In this document: piece by piece, positions 46,974-57,406 of the stretch
How the letters are laid out: every line of letters starts with the position of its first letter
Position numbering within the stretch: the first letter of the stretch is position 1
Assembly: GCA_052035095.1 (NCBI GenBank)
Contig: JBPOHW010000002.1
Coordinates: 11,405-75,404, forward strand
Length of the DNA stretch: 64,000 nucleotides
Origin: Candidatus Moraniibacteriota bacterium
GTDB lineage: Bacteria; Patescibacteriota; Minisyncoccia; Moranbacterales; UBA1568
Reading direction: 5' to 3'
Made by a program: the position numbers and the translations under genes
Notes under the pieces: generated by a model
Seen by the model: the letters and a program-made list of their open reading frames with translations, nothing else
Told to the model about the DNA's origin: nothing
Databases searched by the model: none

Positions 46974-48493
46974 ATCGAATCCTCTCGTCGCTTCGGAAGC
47001 GCCGCCTCGAATGGACGGGTGTTTTGGCGTTCACTACGGTCGGCGCCTTTCTGCGATTTTTCGGGCTCAACGAACAGTCCCTCTGGATCGATGAGGGATT
47101 TACACTCATGCAAGCAAGGGCTATCGCCGAGCACGGGTATCCCTTGCTCGATTCCGGACTCGTTGAAAAAAAGGATGCACTCCTTCCATTCCTCCTTGCA
47201 CCCTTCACCGCGTCATTTGACGCGTTCCAACCGTCCCTTTCGCGAAGCTGTGTCGCGATATTCGGATCGCTCTCCATTCCCCTCGCGTTCCTCATCGGAA
47301 AAACCCTCCGCGAAAAACCGCTCGGCTTCCTCTTTGCTTTCCTCTTGACTTTTTCGTATTCGCATATCGCGTGGAGTCGGCAAATTCGAGGATACGAGGT
47401 AGCGGTGTTTTTTACTTTACTTTCCATACTCTTTCTCGCGCAATCGATACGAAACAAAATCGGAACACGCTTTTTTCTTGCCGCGGGATCAAGTATACTC
47501 GCGACACTCTCCAAAAGTTTCGGAGTATTCCTCCTTCCGGCAATTCTTTTTCTCGGTTATCGGTTTCAGCTTCCAAAACAGCGCGCCCTTTTCGTAGCAC
47601 TCGGAATAATCGGGGTCATGATGATCATTCTCTTCTTTCCGGCATTCATCGGCTCGCTTCATCTCGATCATCCGGCGTATCTTCCGCATTACCTTCTCGG
47701 AACGCTCTGGGGATCATTCGGCATACTCTTGCCGATCGCGCTTCTTGGCTACGCGGAAAGTTTGCGAGAAACATCCGAGCGAGCGTTCCACCTTTCTCTC
47801 GGCATATTTTTCGCCGGCACACTTCTCTTCTTCAGCTTTTTCGTTTCGGTTCAGGAAGATCGATACCTCCTTCTCATCACGCCCCTCCTGTTCCTCTACG
47901 CGAGTCTCTTCATATATTCCATTTCCACCCATCTCCCTCTCCGGAAAATATTCGGAATTCCCCTTTTGCTGGCTCTCATGGTGGGAATTGATATGTTCAC
48001 GGTTCGATCATTCCTTTTTTTCCCGCAACGCTTTTTCGCGCTCGAACGCGGAACACCCCAACCGCCGTTTCGAGACGCGTATGAGTTCCTTCGGCACACT
48101 CTCAAGCCAAACGACACCATCATCTCTCCCTATCCCTTTATGGACATACTCTACCTCAATCAACCCGGGTACGCGCTCCCGATCTCATATACCGGTCGCG
48201 CCGGCGATTCAAATATCACGCGAAACAAAGAGTACTACTCCGGCACGAGAAATCTCTTTGCAAACGGCATTGAGTCAGGGAAGCGAAAAATAGCGTCCCT
48301 GCGAGAAAATGGCGATGTCTACCTCATACTTGATTCGCTCGCGCTGAAGCGAATCGACTCGGAAATCCTCACCGCCACTCAAACATTCACCGATCCCCGC
48401 TTCACCCGGTCATTTTCCTCTCGCGACAATCAAGAAATCGTCGTGTACCGAATTCCCAAAATGACAGATACCCCGCAAGAATACACTCCTTGA
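46970..48493 (+). CDS. GT39/ArnT-like membrane glycosyltransferase (PMT_2 family)
   Basis: ~507 aa, ~11 TM helices, N-terminal loop with DEGF-type motif (IDEGFTLMQARAI); start trimmed to MNRIL. Confidence 0.7.
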   Translation: MNRILSSLRKRRLEWTGVLAFTTVGAFLRFFGLNEQSLWIDEGFTLMQARAIAEHGYPLLDSGLVEKKDALLPFLLAPFTASFDAFQPSLSRSCVAIFGSLSIPLAFLIGKTLREKPLGFLFAFLLTFSYSHIAWSRQIRGYEVAVFFTLLSILFLAQSIRNKIGTRFFLAAGSSILATLSKSFGVFLLPAILFLGYRFQLPKQRALFVALGIIGVMMIILFFPAFIGSLHLDHPAYLPHYLLGTLWGSFGILLPIALLGYAESLRETSERAFHLSLGIFFAGTLLFFSFFVSVQEDRYLLLITPLLFLYASLFIYSISTHLPLRKIFGIPLLLALMVGIDMFTVRSFLFFPQRFFALERGTPQPPFRDAYEFLRHTLKPNDTIISPYPFMDILYLNQPGYALPISYTGRAGDSNITRNKEYYSGTRNLFANGIESGKRKIASLRENGDVYLILDSLALKRIDSEILTATQTFTDPRFTRSFSSRDNQEIVVYRIPKMTDTPQEYTP

Positions 48494-48572
48494 AAAATCT
48501 ATCTCACTTGACAAAAAGAGTACTTTGCGCTACAATACCCAGTTCGTTTAATTCGTAAGAGACGAAACGGGT

Positions 48573-49043
48573 ATGAAGAAGTGCGTGTTTCAGGGAGCGA
48601 GCATAGCCGCTCTGTCAGTCGTTTTCATTGCGGGATCGCTCGTAATGAAGCCGGGAATGGCGTTTGGATACGGATACGGTCACGAGACTCCGTCTGATGA
48701 GCCAAAGGAAACCGTAACGCCGACCGATAACTCGACGAAAAACGTCGACAAGGACGAGAAGCGAGACGGAAAGAAGTATCGAAGCTACCGCGAATATCGC
48801 GAGAAGTATAAGTCAGGACGACTGGTGTATCTCAAGTTGCGGTCATACAAGAGAAGTTCCGATCCGGAGCTCGTTCGACAGTTCACAGAGAGACAGGCGA
48901 TTTACCAAATGTATGCCGGTCAATCGGTTGCCAAACTGCAAAGCGCCCAGATCGATAATGCGACCCTACTCAAGTATCTCGAGTACAAACAGTACCGAGG
49001 CTACAAGAAATACAAGGAGTTGAAGAACGATCTCGGTATATAA
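48573..49043 (+). CDS. secreted hypothetical protein (signal peptide, Lys/Tyr-rich)
   Basis: 156 aa with N-terminal signal-peptide-like segment. Confidence 0.5.
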   Translation: MKKCVFQGASIAALSVVFIAGSLVMKPGMAFGYGYGHETPSDEPKETVTPTDNSTKNVDKDEKRDGKKYRSYREYREKYKSGRLVYLKLRSYKRSSDPELVRQFTERQAIYQMYAGQSVAKLQSAQIDNATLLKYLEYKQYRGYKKYKELKNDLGI

Positions 49044-49060
49044 ACTAGTCACACGCCATA

Positions 49061-49095
49061 TTGAAAAACACCCCGTCATCTGATGGGGTGTTTTG
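49061..49095. terminator. bidirectional terminator between convergent genes
   Basis: CACCCCGTCATC-tga-GATGGGGTG hairpin flanked by A-run and T-run. Confidence 0.55.
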
Positions 49096-49127
49096 TATCA
49101 ATCAAGAAAAGTCACGCGCATCATGGT

Positions 49128-49982
49128 TCAGACCTTCTCCCGCGTCATCTCCGCAAATACCTCCCGATTCACTCGGTGCTTATAGAGCGGCAGGGCATGA
49201 TTGCCGAGCTGGCTTTCGAAATTCGTTCGGTCGGGATTTTCATAAAAAACACCGAGCGGCAACTTTTCACTTTCAATCGCGCGACGGAACGCTTCGGCGC
49301 GATTTTTTGTGTCATAGGTTTCTTCGAGATAATACACTTTTTCTTTGAACCATGGGTAGGTATTTTGTTTGTTAAAGACGGGACAGGGCTGGAAAATATC
49401 GACGAGCGAAAAGCCTTGATGCGTGATCGCTTTTTTGATGATTTCTTTCGTTTGCGCCACATCGCCTACGAAGGCGCGCGCGACAAAGGAGCAATCGAGC
49501 GCGATCGCCGAAGCAATCGGATTGAACGGCTCCAAAACGACACCAAGAACCTGCACCGGCGTTTTCATTCCAACCTCGCTCGTGGGTGACGCCTGCCCTT
49601 TGGTGAGTCCATAGACCATATTGTTATGGACGAGCGCGGTGATATTGGGATTCCGACGAATCGTATGCGTGAAGTGATTGCCGCCCTCGCCATAGAGATC
49701 GCCGTCGCCACTCTCAACAACCACGGTAAGCTCGGGATTCGCCATCTTGATTCCCGTCGCCGCGGAAAGCGCCCGCCCATGGAGCCCGTTAAATACGTGG
49801 GTACGATAATAGTGCGGCGCCTTGCCGGCTTGCCCGATACCGGAAACCGAGACAAGTTTCTCCGGCACGATATCAAGCTCCAGAAGCGCCATCTTCACAA
49901 TGGTGAGGAGCGGAAAATTCCCGCACCCCGGGCACCACGCGATATCAGTCTCCTTCGGCATATCGAAATTTTTTGAATCCAT
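49128..49982 (-). CDS. korB: 2-oxoacid:ferredoxin oxidoreductase beta subunit (TPP-binding)
   Basis: WCPGCGN N-terminal motif, GDG TPP-binding region. Confidence 0.88.
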   Translation of the reverse strand: MDSKNFDMPKETDIAWCPGCGNFPLLTIVKMALLELDIVPEKLVSVSGIGQAGKAPHYYRTHVFNGLHGRALSAATGIKMANPELTVVVESGDGDLYGEGGNHFTHTIRRNPNITALVHNNMVYGLTKGQASPTSEVGMKTPVQVLGVVLEPFNPIASAIALDCSFVARAFVGDVAQTKEIIKKAITHQGFSLVDIFQPCPVFNKQNTYPWFKEKVYYLEETYDTKNRAEAFRRAIESEKLPLGVFYENPDRTNFESQLGNHALPLYKHRVNREVFAEMTREKV

Positions 49983-49988
49983 ACTCCT

Positions 49989-51686
49989 TTATAAAGAGAC
50001 GATCTGTTTCACGAGTTCCTCAACATCAAACGGTTCACCCGTATATTTCAAAATTCGCTTTGAAACCTTCGCACCGTGTTTCTCCAAAAGATTCGCGAAT
50101 TGCCCCGCATAATTATTTTCCACAACAACAATATTCCGCGCGCCCTCAAACCACGATTCAATTCCCACGGGAAACGGATAAACTTGCTTAAAGTGAAGAT
50201 AGGCGATATCTTTTCGTCCGGACTTTTCGAGCGCCTCGGCGATCGCGCCGTGAGTCGAGCCCCAGCCAACCAACACCGTCTCCGCTTTCTCGGCGCCGAG
50301 ACGAACGGGCGGGAGCGCATCAGTTGCCAGTCCCTCAAGTTTCTTCATCCGTTTGTCCATCATCCGGACACGCGTATCGAGATCCTCGGTCAGGTGTCCA
50401 TCTTCGGTATGTTCGTCGCTGTCGGAAACGACGAGTCCTTCGCCATATCCCGGCACACCACGCGGCGAGATGCCGTTCTCGGCGTATTCATAGCGGCGAT
50501 AGTCTTTGGTTGTTTCGATGATGCCTCGTACTTCCGGAAGTATGGTAAAGGCGTCATTTGAAACTGTCGCCACCGTATCGAGAAAGTACTGATCCGAGAG
50601 AAGGAAAACCGGCGACTGCCACTTCTCCGCCATATTGAATGCCCGTTGCGTGACTTCCAGCACCTCTTCGTGGTCCCCTGGCGCGAATATCGCCCGCGGA
50701 AATTCTCCGTGTCCCGAATAGAGCGCGAGCTCCAGATCGCCCTGCTCGGTCCGCGTCGGGAGCCCTGTCGCGGGACCCGGCCTCTCCGCGATGTGAATCA
50801 CAATCGGCAGTTCCATCATTCCCGAGAGACTCACGCCTTCACACATGAGCGCGAAGCCGCCACCGGAGGTCGTAACGAGTGGACGCGCGCCGGCAAAGCT
50901 CGCGCCGAGCCCCATATTGATCGACGCGATTTCATCTTCCGCCTGTTCGACCGCGATACCGAACCGCTCGGATTCTTTGGCGAGAAACTGGAGGACACCG
51001 GTCGACGGCGACATCGGGTACGAGGCAATAAAGTTACATCCGCCGGCAACCGCTCCCATCGCGATCGCCTCCGTCCCATCAATCATCGCCTCGCCCTTGA
51101 CCGATTCTTGTTTCGAGAGTTTGATTTCAAGATTTTCGGCATAGGCGAGATGCTCACCGATTTTGTATCCCTGCCGTCCCGCCTCAATATTTCCCTCGAT
51201 GATTTTGTCCCCCTTCGCCGCAAAACGCTTCCGGAGAAAGTCTTCGAGTCCGGAAATATCCGCTCCGAGAATACCGAGAACCACGCCCGCCGCGACCGTA
51301 TTCTCAAAGAGCGAATTTCCAAGTTCGGTCGCAATTGAGGAAATCGGCGCGTGTATTATCTTGTAGTCCATGCCACTTACCACAATCCGTTCGTCGGCAA
51401 TAATAATCGTCTCGGAAGAAATGCGAGGCTTCAAATGCTCAAACGCCGCTTTGCCAAACGGAAAACAAATATCCATCGCACGCACATACGCACGAGGTTT
51501 CTTGGACGCGACGCGGATCTCGGTCGAGTTGGAGCCTCCTCGCACCCGCGACATATATTCCTTGGACGCAAACACGGCATACCCCTCACTCTTCAATACC
51601 GAGAGGAGTATCCCCTCCACCGTCTGTACCCCCTTCCCCGCCGCCCCCCCAAGGACAATCGAGATTTCATCGCGAACACTTTTCAT
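49989..51686 (-). CDS. korA: 2-oxoacid:ferredoxin oxidoreductase alpha subunit (with N-terminal gamma-like domain)
   Basis: 565 aa; POR catalytic-domain and N-terminal domain blocks; adjacent to korB. Confidence 0.88.
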   Translation of the reverse strand: MKSVRDEISIVLGGAAGKGVQTVEGILLSVLKSEGYAVFASKEYMSRVRGGSNSTEIRVASKKPRAYVRAMDICFPFGKAAFEHLKPRISSETIIIADERIVVSGMDYKIIHAPISSIATELGNSLFENTVAAGVVLGILGADISGLEDFLRKRFAAKGDKIIEGNIEAGRQGYKIGEHLAYAENLEIKLSKQESVKGEAMIDGTEAIAMGAVAGGCNFIASYPMSPSTGVLQFLAKESERFGIAVEQAEDEIASINMGLGASFAGARPLVTTSGGGFALMCEGVSLSGMMELPIVIHIAERPGPATGLPTRTEQGDLELALYSGHGEFPRAIFAPGDHEEVLEVTQRAFNMAEKWQSPVFLLSDQYFLDTVATVSNDAFTILPEVRGIIETTKDYRRYEYAENGISPRGVPGYGEGLVVSDSDEHTEDGHLTEDLDTRVRMMDKRMKKLEGLATDALPPVRLGAEKAETVLVGWGSTHGAIAEALEKSGRKDIAYLHFKQVYPFPVGIESWFEGARNIVVVENNYAGQFANLLEKHGAKVSKRILKYTGEPFDVEELVKQIVSL

Positions 51687-51851
51687 ATTTTTTTCAAAAT
51701 TTCACTTCCCTAGTATATCACAAAAACAAAATGACCTCGACATACCGAGGCCATTGTTTTACGGAACGGATATCAATAGTCCATTTGTAATTTTCACAGA
51801 GAAACCCTACACAAAGAAAGGAGGTAATAAGCCCACCTTCATGCAAGAGCT

Positions 51852-52469
51852 TTAATCCGCAATGCAGATACAGATTGAATTGCCAGAAAATTCTCCAGAT
51901 AATCCGCAAAGGGAGTTACTATCTTGTGCGGCGCTACAGAGAGCGCTCGCCGCCGGTCCTGCAACACAGCCAACGCCCCATCTCTCGGATATAGTTGTGC
52001 CACTCATTCGGCACCCCCCCGTTATCCCGCTACCACCGCCCGCCGCCACTGCCACCTGTACCGCACGCGTCGTATTGCCGTAGGAACCGACTGACTTGAT
52101 AGACCAGACATCAGCTACATCATCATTGCATCGCAATGGACTTCCATCTTCACCCTGAAAGGTGATCCGATATCCACCACCGAGAAAGCCGGAGGGGACA
52201 TCTATTGCCGCTTCTTGCCCGCCGGGGCAATTGCCAATCATACCACTCAGTTTATCTTCCATTGTATCTCTCAACATCTTCACCGCAATCTGTGATCCCG
52301 AATCGGCGATTTGGAAAGCGCTTGAGGATTGATCATTTGAAGAGACGGAACGGAAGTTAGTGATGGAAGCAGAGAACATCCCGATCGACGCGACGAGCAC
52401 GATGCCGAGCAAGATGAGCGTATACGCGAGAATGGATCCTTGGGAGAGGGAGCGAAATACCTGCTTCAT
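51852..52469 (-). CDS. hypothetical Gly/Ser-rich protein with N-terminal TM anchor (pilin-like?)
   Basis: 205 aa; N-terminal hydrophobic helix, Cys-rich C-terminal half; lacks canonical GFTLIE prepilin motif. Confidence 0.4.
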   Translation of the reverse strand: MKQVFRSLSQGSILAYTLILLGIVLVASIGMFSASITNFRSVSSNDQSSSAFQIADSGSQIAVKMLRDTMEDKLSGMIGNCPGGQEAAIDVPSGFLGGGYRITFQGEDGSPLRCNDDVADVWSIKSVGSYGNTTRAVQVAVAAGGGSGITGGCRMSGTTISERWGVGCVAGPAASALCSAAQDSNSLCGLSGEFSGNSICICIAD

Positions 52470-52527
52470 ACGTTTGTGTTTTATGAATAAAAATCTCTAC
52501 GAACTTGTAAGCAGTATACCATACAAT

Positions 52528-52734
52528 TTATCGGTCGACTATCTTTTTCACTTCGTCGAAGCGATTTTCGATTTCACCGAGGCGCTTCCGACTCGCCGAA
52601 AGGAGCAGGGCGGCTTCTTCCACCTTTTTGAGTCCCTCCTCGAGCTTCGGTTCGTTTTGTTCTTCGAACCACGCGGCTATTCCCTCGAGCTTTTTCAATG
52701 CTTCATCGATATTCATCGTATTTGCTTTCTTCAT
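52528..52734 (-). CDS. xseB: exodeoxyribonuclease VII small subunit
   Basis: 68-aa helical protein immediately downstream of and overlapping xseA. Confidence 0.8.
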   Translation of the reverse strand: MKKANTMNIDEALKKLEGIAAWFEEQNEPKLEEGLKKVEEAALLLSASRKRLGEIENRFDEVKKIVDR

Positions 52735-53996
52735 ATCGTTTTTTTCAAAGATGAATATATACCTATCGCTCTCGCCGAAATATGCCCGTCGACAAGCACG
52801 CCTTCCAGCATATCCCCTTCGACAATATCCGACACGCCCCGAACGACACGTTTGTTTTTGAGGAGCACGCTGTACCCGCGAGCGAGGAGTCGCGTCGGAC
52901 TCCTCGAGTCAATCATCGACGCGATCGCTGCTATCCTTCGACGCGTCGATACCGGATCAAATGATCGAAAGATCGTCCGAGACAAGTGGGTCGCTCGCAG
53001 ATGACCCTGCTCGCACCAGCCAAGAAACTTCGACTGCAATCGGATGACGAGCTGTTCGAACGCGCGAAGGGCGGTGAGGCGCTCTTCCTTTGCCAACCGA
53101 ATCGCTTCCGAACCGGCACGGAGCCGTTCCTCGGCGTCAAAGAGCGCGTTCCGAAAGTGTTCAAGTATCGTCCGTTCATTTGCAAGAATTCGCTCCCGCG
53201 CGCCCTCCCACGAGACTCCCAGTCTTTCCGCAACCGCAGTCGGCGTGGAAACCATACTATCGGCGGCGAGCGCCGAGAGAGAAACATCCTTCTCGTGCCC
53301 GATGCCGGCAAGCGTCGGAATCTTCGACGCGGCAATTGCGCGAACGAGCGCTTCGCTATTAAACGCTTCGAGACTCTCAAGGCTTCCGCCGCCACGAATG
53401 ATGACCAATACATCCCACTCCTTTGGACGAGCATTGAAATATCGAATGCCCGCAAGAAGCTCGGCGACGGCGCGCTTCCCCTCAACCTGCGCGTCAAAGA
53501 GTGTCACCGAAAACCCGTGCCGACCGATATTCGTCATAAAGTCCCCGATCGCCGCGCCCTCCCTCGAAGTAATGAGTGCAATCCGTCGGGGAAAAGAAGG
53601 AAGTGGTCGCTTCCGTTCGAGCGAGAACATTCCCTCGTGCTCGAGCTTCTGCGAGAGTTCGTCATAAGCCTTCTTGAGCGCACCCTCGCCCGCGAGACGA
53701 ACGACCGACACGCGAAACGACAATCGCCCGCGCGGCCTCCAGACATTGGGCGACCCTTCGACAATCACTTCCTGCCCGTTTTCGAGTCGAATGCCTTGCC
53801 GAAAAGAATCACTTCGAAAGATAAGACACGAGAGCATTCCTTCTTCCTCGGTATCTTTGAGGGAAAAATACGTCACGCCGCGCCGTTCCTCGACGCCCGA
53901 CACCTCACCCAGAATCGCGACATGCATACCGGCAAAGCTCTCATTAAGTATATCGAGAAACGCCCCGACTCGAAGAGGCTCGTTTTCTGTTTCCAT
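52731..53996 (-). CDS. xseA: exodeoxyribonuclease VII large subunit
   Basis: N-terminal OB-fold, central catalytic region, C-terminal coiled coil. Confidence 0.88.
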   Translation of the reverse strand: METENEPLRVGAFLDILNESFAGMHVAILGEVSGVEERRGVTYFSLKDTEEEGMLSCLIFRSDSFRQGIRLENGQEVIVEGSPNVWRPRGRLSFRVSVVRLAGEGALKKAYDELSQKLEHEGMFSLERKRPLPSFPRRIALITSREGAAIGDFMTNIGRHGFSVTLFDAQVEGKRAVAELLAGIRYFNARPKEWDVLVIIRGGGSLESLEAFNSEALVRAIAASKIPTLAGIGHEKDVSLSALAADSMVSTPTAVAERLGVSWEGARERILANERTILEHFRNALFDAEERLRAGSEAIRLAKEERLTALRAFEQLVIRLQSKFLGWCEQGHLRATHLSRTIFRSFDPVSTRRRIAAIASMIDSRSPTRLLARGYSVLLKNKRVVRGVSDIVEGDMLEGVLVDGHISARAIGIYSSLKKTI

Positions 53997-54030
53997 ATCA
54001 AGGAATCGAGATAATCAAGAAAATCATGGT

Positions 54031-55290
54031 CTACTTCAACTGGCTAACTACTTCCGGATGAACGATGAGAAGATATCCGAGAAGGATCATAAGCATGCCG
54101 CCAACCAACGCCGACCAGCGGGAATATTTTTCGGTCAGATGAAGCTTTTCAAAACCCCAGAGCGCGAGCGCGAACACGAGCATATCGTCAAACATATAGA
54201 ACAGAATATATATCGCCATCAACCCCTCTGTCGAAAGCCACCCAAGGTCATTCAGTTCGATAATCTTCGTAAACGCCTGCGGAATCCCGATCGAACAGGC
54301 GAACTCAATCACATTCACGGTAAAGGCAAGTCCGATTACTCCAAGCGCCGCGAGCCATGTAAATTCTCCCGAAACAAACGCCTTGATCCTCTGAAGAATC
54401 TTCGAGCGACGTTCCACATCAACAATGCGGCAAGCCATCTCCGTGCCAAGCGACGTGTACCACTCGTACAAAAAGAAGAGTCCGCCGCCAATCGCGACCA
54501 TACCGACAATCGGCGTCACGATTCGATCGAGTCCGACGAAATCCCAGGTCGTAAACCAGACATTCAAAATGAGATAGTACATCACGGCTTCCGCGACAAG
54601 GAAGAGTCCCGCCACTTGAAGCAATCGTTTTCGCGACTTGGTCTGAGAGAGTATCAAGAGAAATGTCACGAGCACCCACATAGCGCACGGGTTGAACCCG
54701 TCAATAAACCCGAGCACAACGGCGAGCGTCGGCAAAGAATACTCCGAAACATCCACCATCTTCTCGGTAAAAGGGAGTCGAAATACCGCCTTCTCTGACG
54801 AAGGAAGCGGACACACCCCTCCATCTTCACAGGTCGCGCCGGCGATACGTTCCGTCCTTGATCCGGCATCTGCCGTTCCCGAGAGGTACTGTTCGAATGT
54901 CACCGACTTCTTACCGCGACTCGCCTCAAGAAGCGCCTCAAAGCGCTTTCCGGTCGTCTCCGGCGCGTCAAATCCCTGTATAATGCTCCCGCCCACAATG
55001 GTAATCGGCGTCGCTTTCGCAAGCCCTTCTCTCGCCGTTATTCTCTTGAAAATATCTTGCCCTTCCGCCGTATCGATATCAAAAAAACGAACGGACACAT
55101 CGCTTCGCCTCCGGAGCATATCCGAAAGAAACGCGCGCTCCGTTTGACAGTGTCCGCAATCTTTCCGCTCGAGCACCTCGATGATATGCAGATCTTCGGC
55201 AAAAGCCACGTCCCCGAAAAAAGTCGCCGAAAAAATCCCGAGAGCCGCCACCATCAATAAGCTCCATCGTAATGCGAGTACCCCTTTCAT
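54031..55290 (-). CDS. thioredoxin-fold (CGHC) domain fused to polytopic membrane domain with two intramembrane Cys (CcdA/DsbD-like?)
   Basis: Signal peptide, KDCGHCQ, then TM segments containing NPCAMW and FACSIG. Confidence 0.5.
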   Translation of the reverse strand: MKGVLALRWSLLMVAALGIFSATFFGDVAFAEDLHIIEVLERKDCGHCQTERAFLSDMLRRRSDVSVRFFDIDTAEGQDIFKRITAREGLAKATPITIVGGSIIQGFDAPETTGKRFEALLEASRGKKSVTFEQYLSGTADAGSRTERIAGATCEDGGVCPLPSSEKAVFRLPFTEKMVDVSEYSLPTLAVVLGFIDGFNPCAMWVLVTFLLILSQTKSRKRLLQVAGLFLVAEAVMYYLILNVWFTTWDFVGLDRIVTPIVGMVAIGGGLFFLYEWYTSLGTEMACRIVDVERRSKILQRIKAFVSGEFTWLAALGVIGLAFTVNVIEFACSIGIPQAFTKIIELNDLGWLSTEGLMAIYILFYMFDDMLVFALALWGFEKLHLTEKYSRWSALVGGMLMILLGYLLIVHPEVVSQLK

Positions 55291-55300
55291 AGAAAATCAT

Positions 55301-55843
55301 TTACATTCCCCGAATAAAAAGCGCGAGGAGCAATCCCGAGAATATGAGAATCGCGAGAATGAGGAAAATTTTCAGCCCATATTTCTCAATCCATCCTTCC
55401 CATTGCGTCCGGTCAAGAAAAATGGGATCCGCGCCCCACGAATGGTTGCGGCTTTTCTTTTTGGTAAGCGCGGTAATGAGGTCGATCACGTTCTTCGGCG
55501 CCGAGAAACCCCGCACAAAGAACCCGTCCACCCCAAACTCAACCGCCCTTTTTCGGTCTTCCGGACGATCATTGTGACTGTTTACGATAAATGCCGGCTG
55601 GGGAAGATCACTCTCGCGAATATCCGTAATGAGCGAAAACCCGTCCGATCCGGGTAAATCGATACCGGTAAACACCACCTTCGGAAGATACTTTTTGAAC
55701 TTCACAAGCGCGTCATTACCGTCCGCCGACTCGATAATCGAGAAGCCGGCGAGACTCAACAAATCGCGGTACACTTCCCGCGTCGACTGATCATCATCCA
55801 CGATAAGCACTTGTGTGTCTATTTTTTTCATACGACGAGACAA
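55301..55843 (-). CDS. single-domain response regulator (CheY-like receiver) with C-terminal TM anchor
   Basis: QVLIVDDD...phospho-acceptor region FTGIDLPG; C-terminal hydrophobic helix. Confidence 0.75.
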   Translation of the reverse strand: MSRRMKKIDTQVLIVDDDQSTREVYRDLLSLAGFSIIESADGNDALVKFKKYLPKVVFTGIDLPGSDGFSLITDIRESDLPQPAFIVNSHNDRPEDRKRAVEFGVDGFFVRGFSAPKNVIDLITALTKKKSRNHSWGADPIFLDRTQWEGWIEKYGLKIFLILAILIFSGLLLALFIRGM

Positions 55844-55931
55844 TAGTTATGGAATCCCCGCTTCAGTATACCACCGCCAAAAAAAGAAGAAAGGGTGGTA
55901 TAATGAACTGTAGCCGTTTCATTGAAAGACT

Positions 55932-57239
55932 ATGTCCGAACCCATCATCGCTATCAGTCGTCTCCGCGTCATCTACAATCAGGGAAAGTCAAATGAAGTG
56001 CGCGCGCTCGAGGAAACCAACCTGGATATTTATCCGGAAGAGTATGTCATCATATACGGTCCCTCCGGATGCGGAAAATCAACGCTTCTCTATTCGATCG
56101 CCGGACTCCAACGGCCGACATATGGCGATGTCGCCGTCAAGAAAAAACCCCTTTCCAAAATGACACGACGCGAAGAAGTCGAGTTTCACCAAACCTGGAT
56201 CGGAATGATCTTCCAGGCCTTTTATCTCATTCCCTCGCTCAATATCGTTGAGAATGTCTGCCTCCCCAAAACGTTTCGCGGTGAAAACGTCACAAGTCGC
56301 CGCAAGGACGGCATCAAACTCCTGCGGCGCTTCGGCATCGCCGAACAAATGGACAAATTCCCGAGCGAGCTCTCCGGCGGACAAAAACAACGCGTCGCGA
56401 TCGCCCGATCGCTCGTCAACAATCCCGATATTATTCTCGCGGACGAACCCGTGGGAAACCTCGACAGCGAATCCGCCCAAAACGTGCTCGATATTTTGAA
56501 GGAGCTCAATGAAGTCGACCGGAAAACCGTTATCATGGTGACGCACAATGCCGAGCACCTCCCCTACGCCGACCGCATCATCTATATGAAGGATGGTCGC
56601 ATCGAGCGGGAAGTTGTCCAAAAAGACAAACGGAAGATAGAGCCGAAAAAGCCGGACGCGGAAATCGTCGAGGACAACCTCCCGCCGGAACTCAAGATGC
56701 TGATGGGTTCCTTCCGCTCTCTCTCGTCGCAACAAATGAACGTCCTCCTCATACCGTTCAAGGCCAAGCAACTTATGGCGCACGTTCTTTCCAATCTCAC
56801 GGAGGAGCAACTCTCCATGGCGGAAAGTTTCCTCAAAGAATACCTCTTCAACAATATCGATCGCGAACAATTCTCCGGAAAACTCGATATGGATCCGGAA
56901 AAGGGCGGTGGCGGCTGGAACAAAAAGCAGGCGAGAAACTTCACCGCGAGGATCGATGCGCTCGTCGCGCAGTCAAAAATCGTCTCGGGCAATCCCGATC
57001 GAGCGCATATCGCGCTCGCCGAATATTTGTCGGAACAATTCGGCGTCAAACTTTCCGGTGTCGCCCTCGACCGCTTCCGCGCCTGCCTCAAACTCCGCAT
57101 CGAAAATCGCATCAATCGCGCCGAACTCGAGAAGCGCCTCGACGTGCCAAAAACTCTCGGTGGCGTCGGCCTCTACAGCAATACCGCCGATCGCATCGTC
57201 CGCGAAGTCGAAGTTATCATGCTCCTCAAATACTCGTGA
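55932..57239 (+). CDS. ABC transporter ATP-binding protein (MacB/LolD-type) with ~200-aa C-terminal extension
   Basis: GPSGCGKSTL, LSGGQKQRVAIARSL, ILADEP. Confidence 0.85.
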   Translation: MSEPIIAISRLRVIYNQGKSNEVRALEETNLDIYPEEYVIIYGPSGCGKSTLLYSIAGLQRPTYGDVAVKKKPLSKMTRREEVEFHQTWIGMIFQAFYLIPSLNIVENVCLPKTFRGENVTSRRKDGIKLLRRFGIAEQMDKFPSELSGGQKQRVAIARSLVNNPDIILADEPVGNLDSESAQNVLDILKELNEVDRKTVIMVTHNAEHLPYADRIIYMKDGRIEREVVQKDKRKIEPKKPDAEIVEDNLPPELKMLMGSFRSLSSQQMNVLLIPFKAKQLMAHVLSNLTEEQLSMAESFLKEYLFNNIDREQFSGKLDMDPEKGGGGWNKKQARNFTARIDALVAQSKIVSGNPDRAHIALAEYLSEQFGVKLSGVALDRFRACLKLRIENRINRAELEKRLDVPKTLGGVGLYSNTADRIVREVEVIMLLKYS

Positions 57240-57244
57240 AAAAA

Positions 57245-57392
57245 GCGCCAAATTCAAAATTACAAGTTCCAAATAAATTTTTAAATTCCAATTTTCAAAA
57301 CAAAGTGAAAAAATCTCGCTTACAACATTGTGATTTGGCGCTTACCTGCCTTGCCGGTAGGCAGGTTTGGAACTTGTAATTTTGAATTTTGA
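57245..57392. repeat. nested inverted-repeat element between ABC ATPase and permease genes
   Basis: GCGCCAAATTCAAAATTACAAGTTCCAAA (57245-57273) pairs with TTTGGAACTTGTAATTTTGAATTT (57366-57389); inner hairpin ACCTGCC-ttgccggt-AGGCAGGT. Confidence 0.6.
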
Positions 57393-57406
57393 ATTTTTGA
57401 ATTTTT

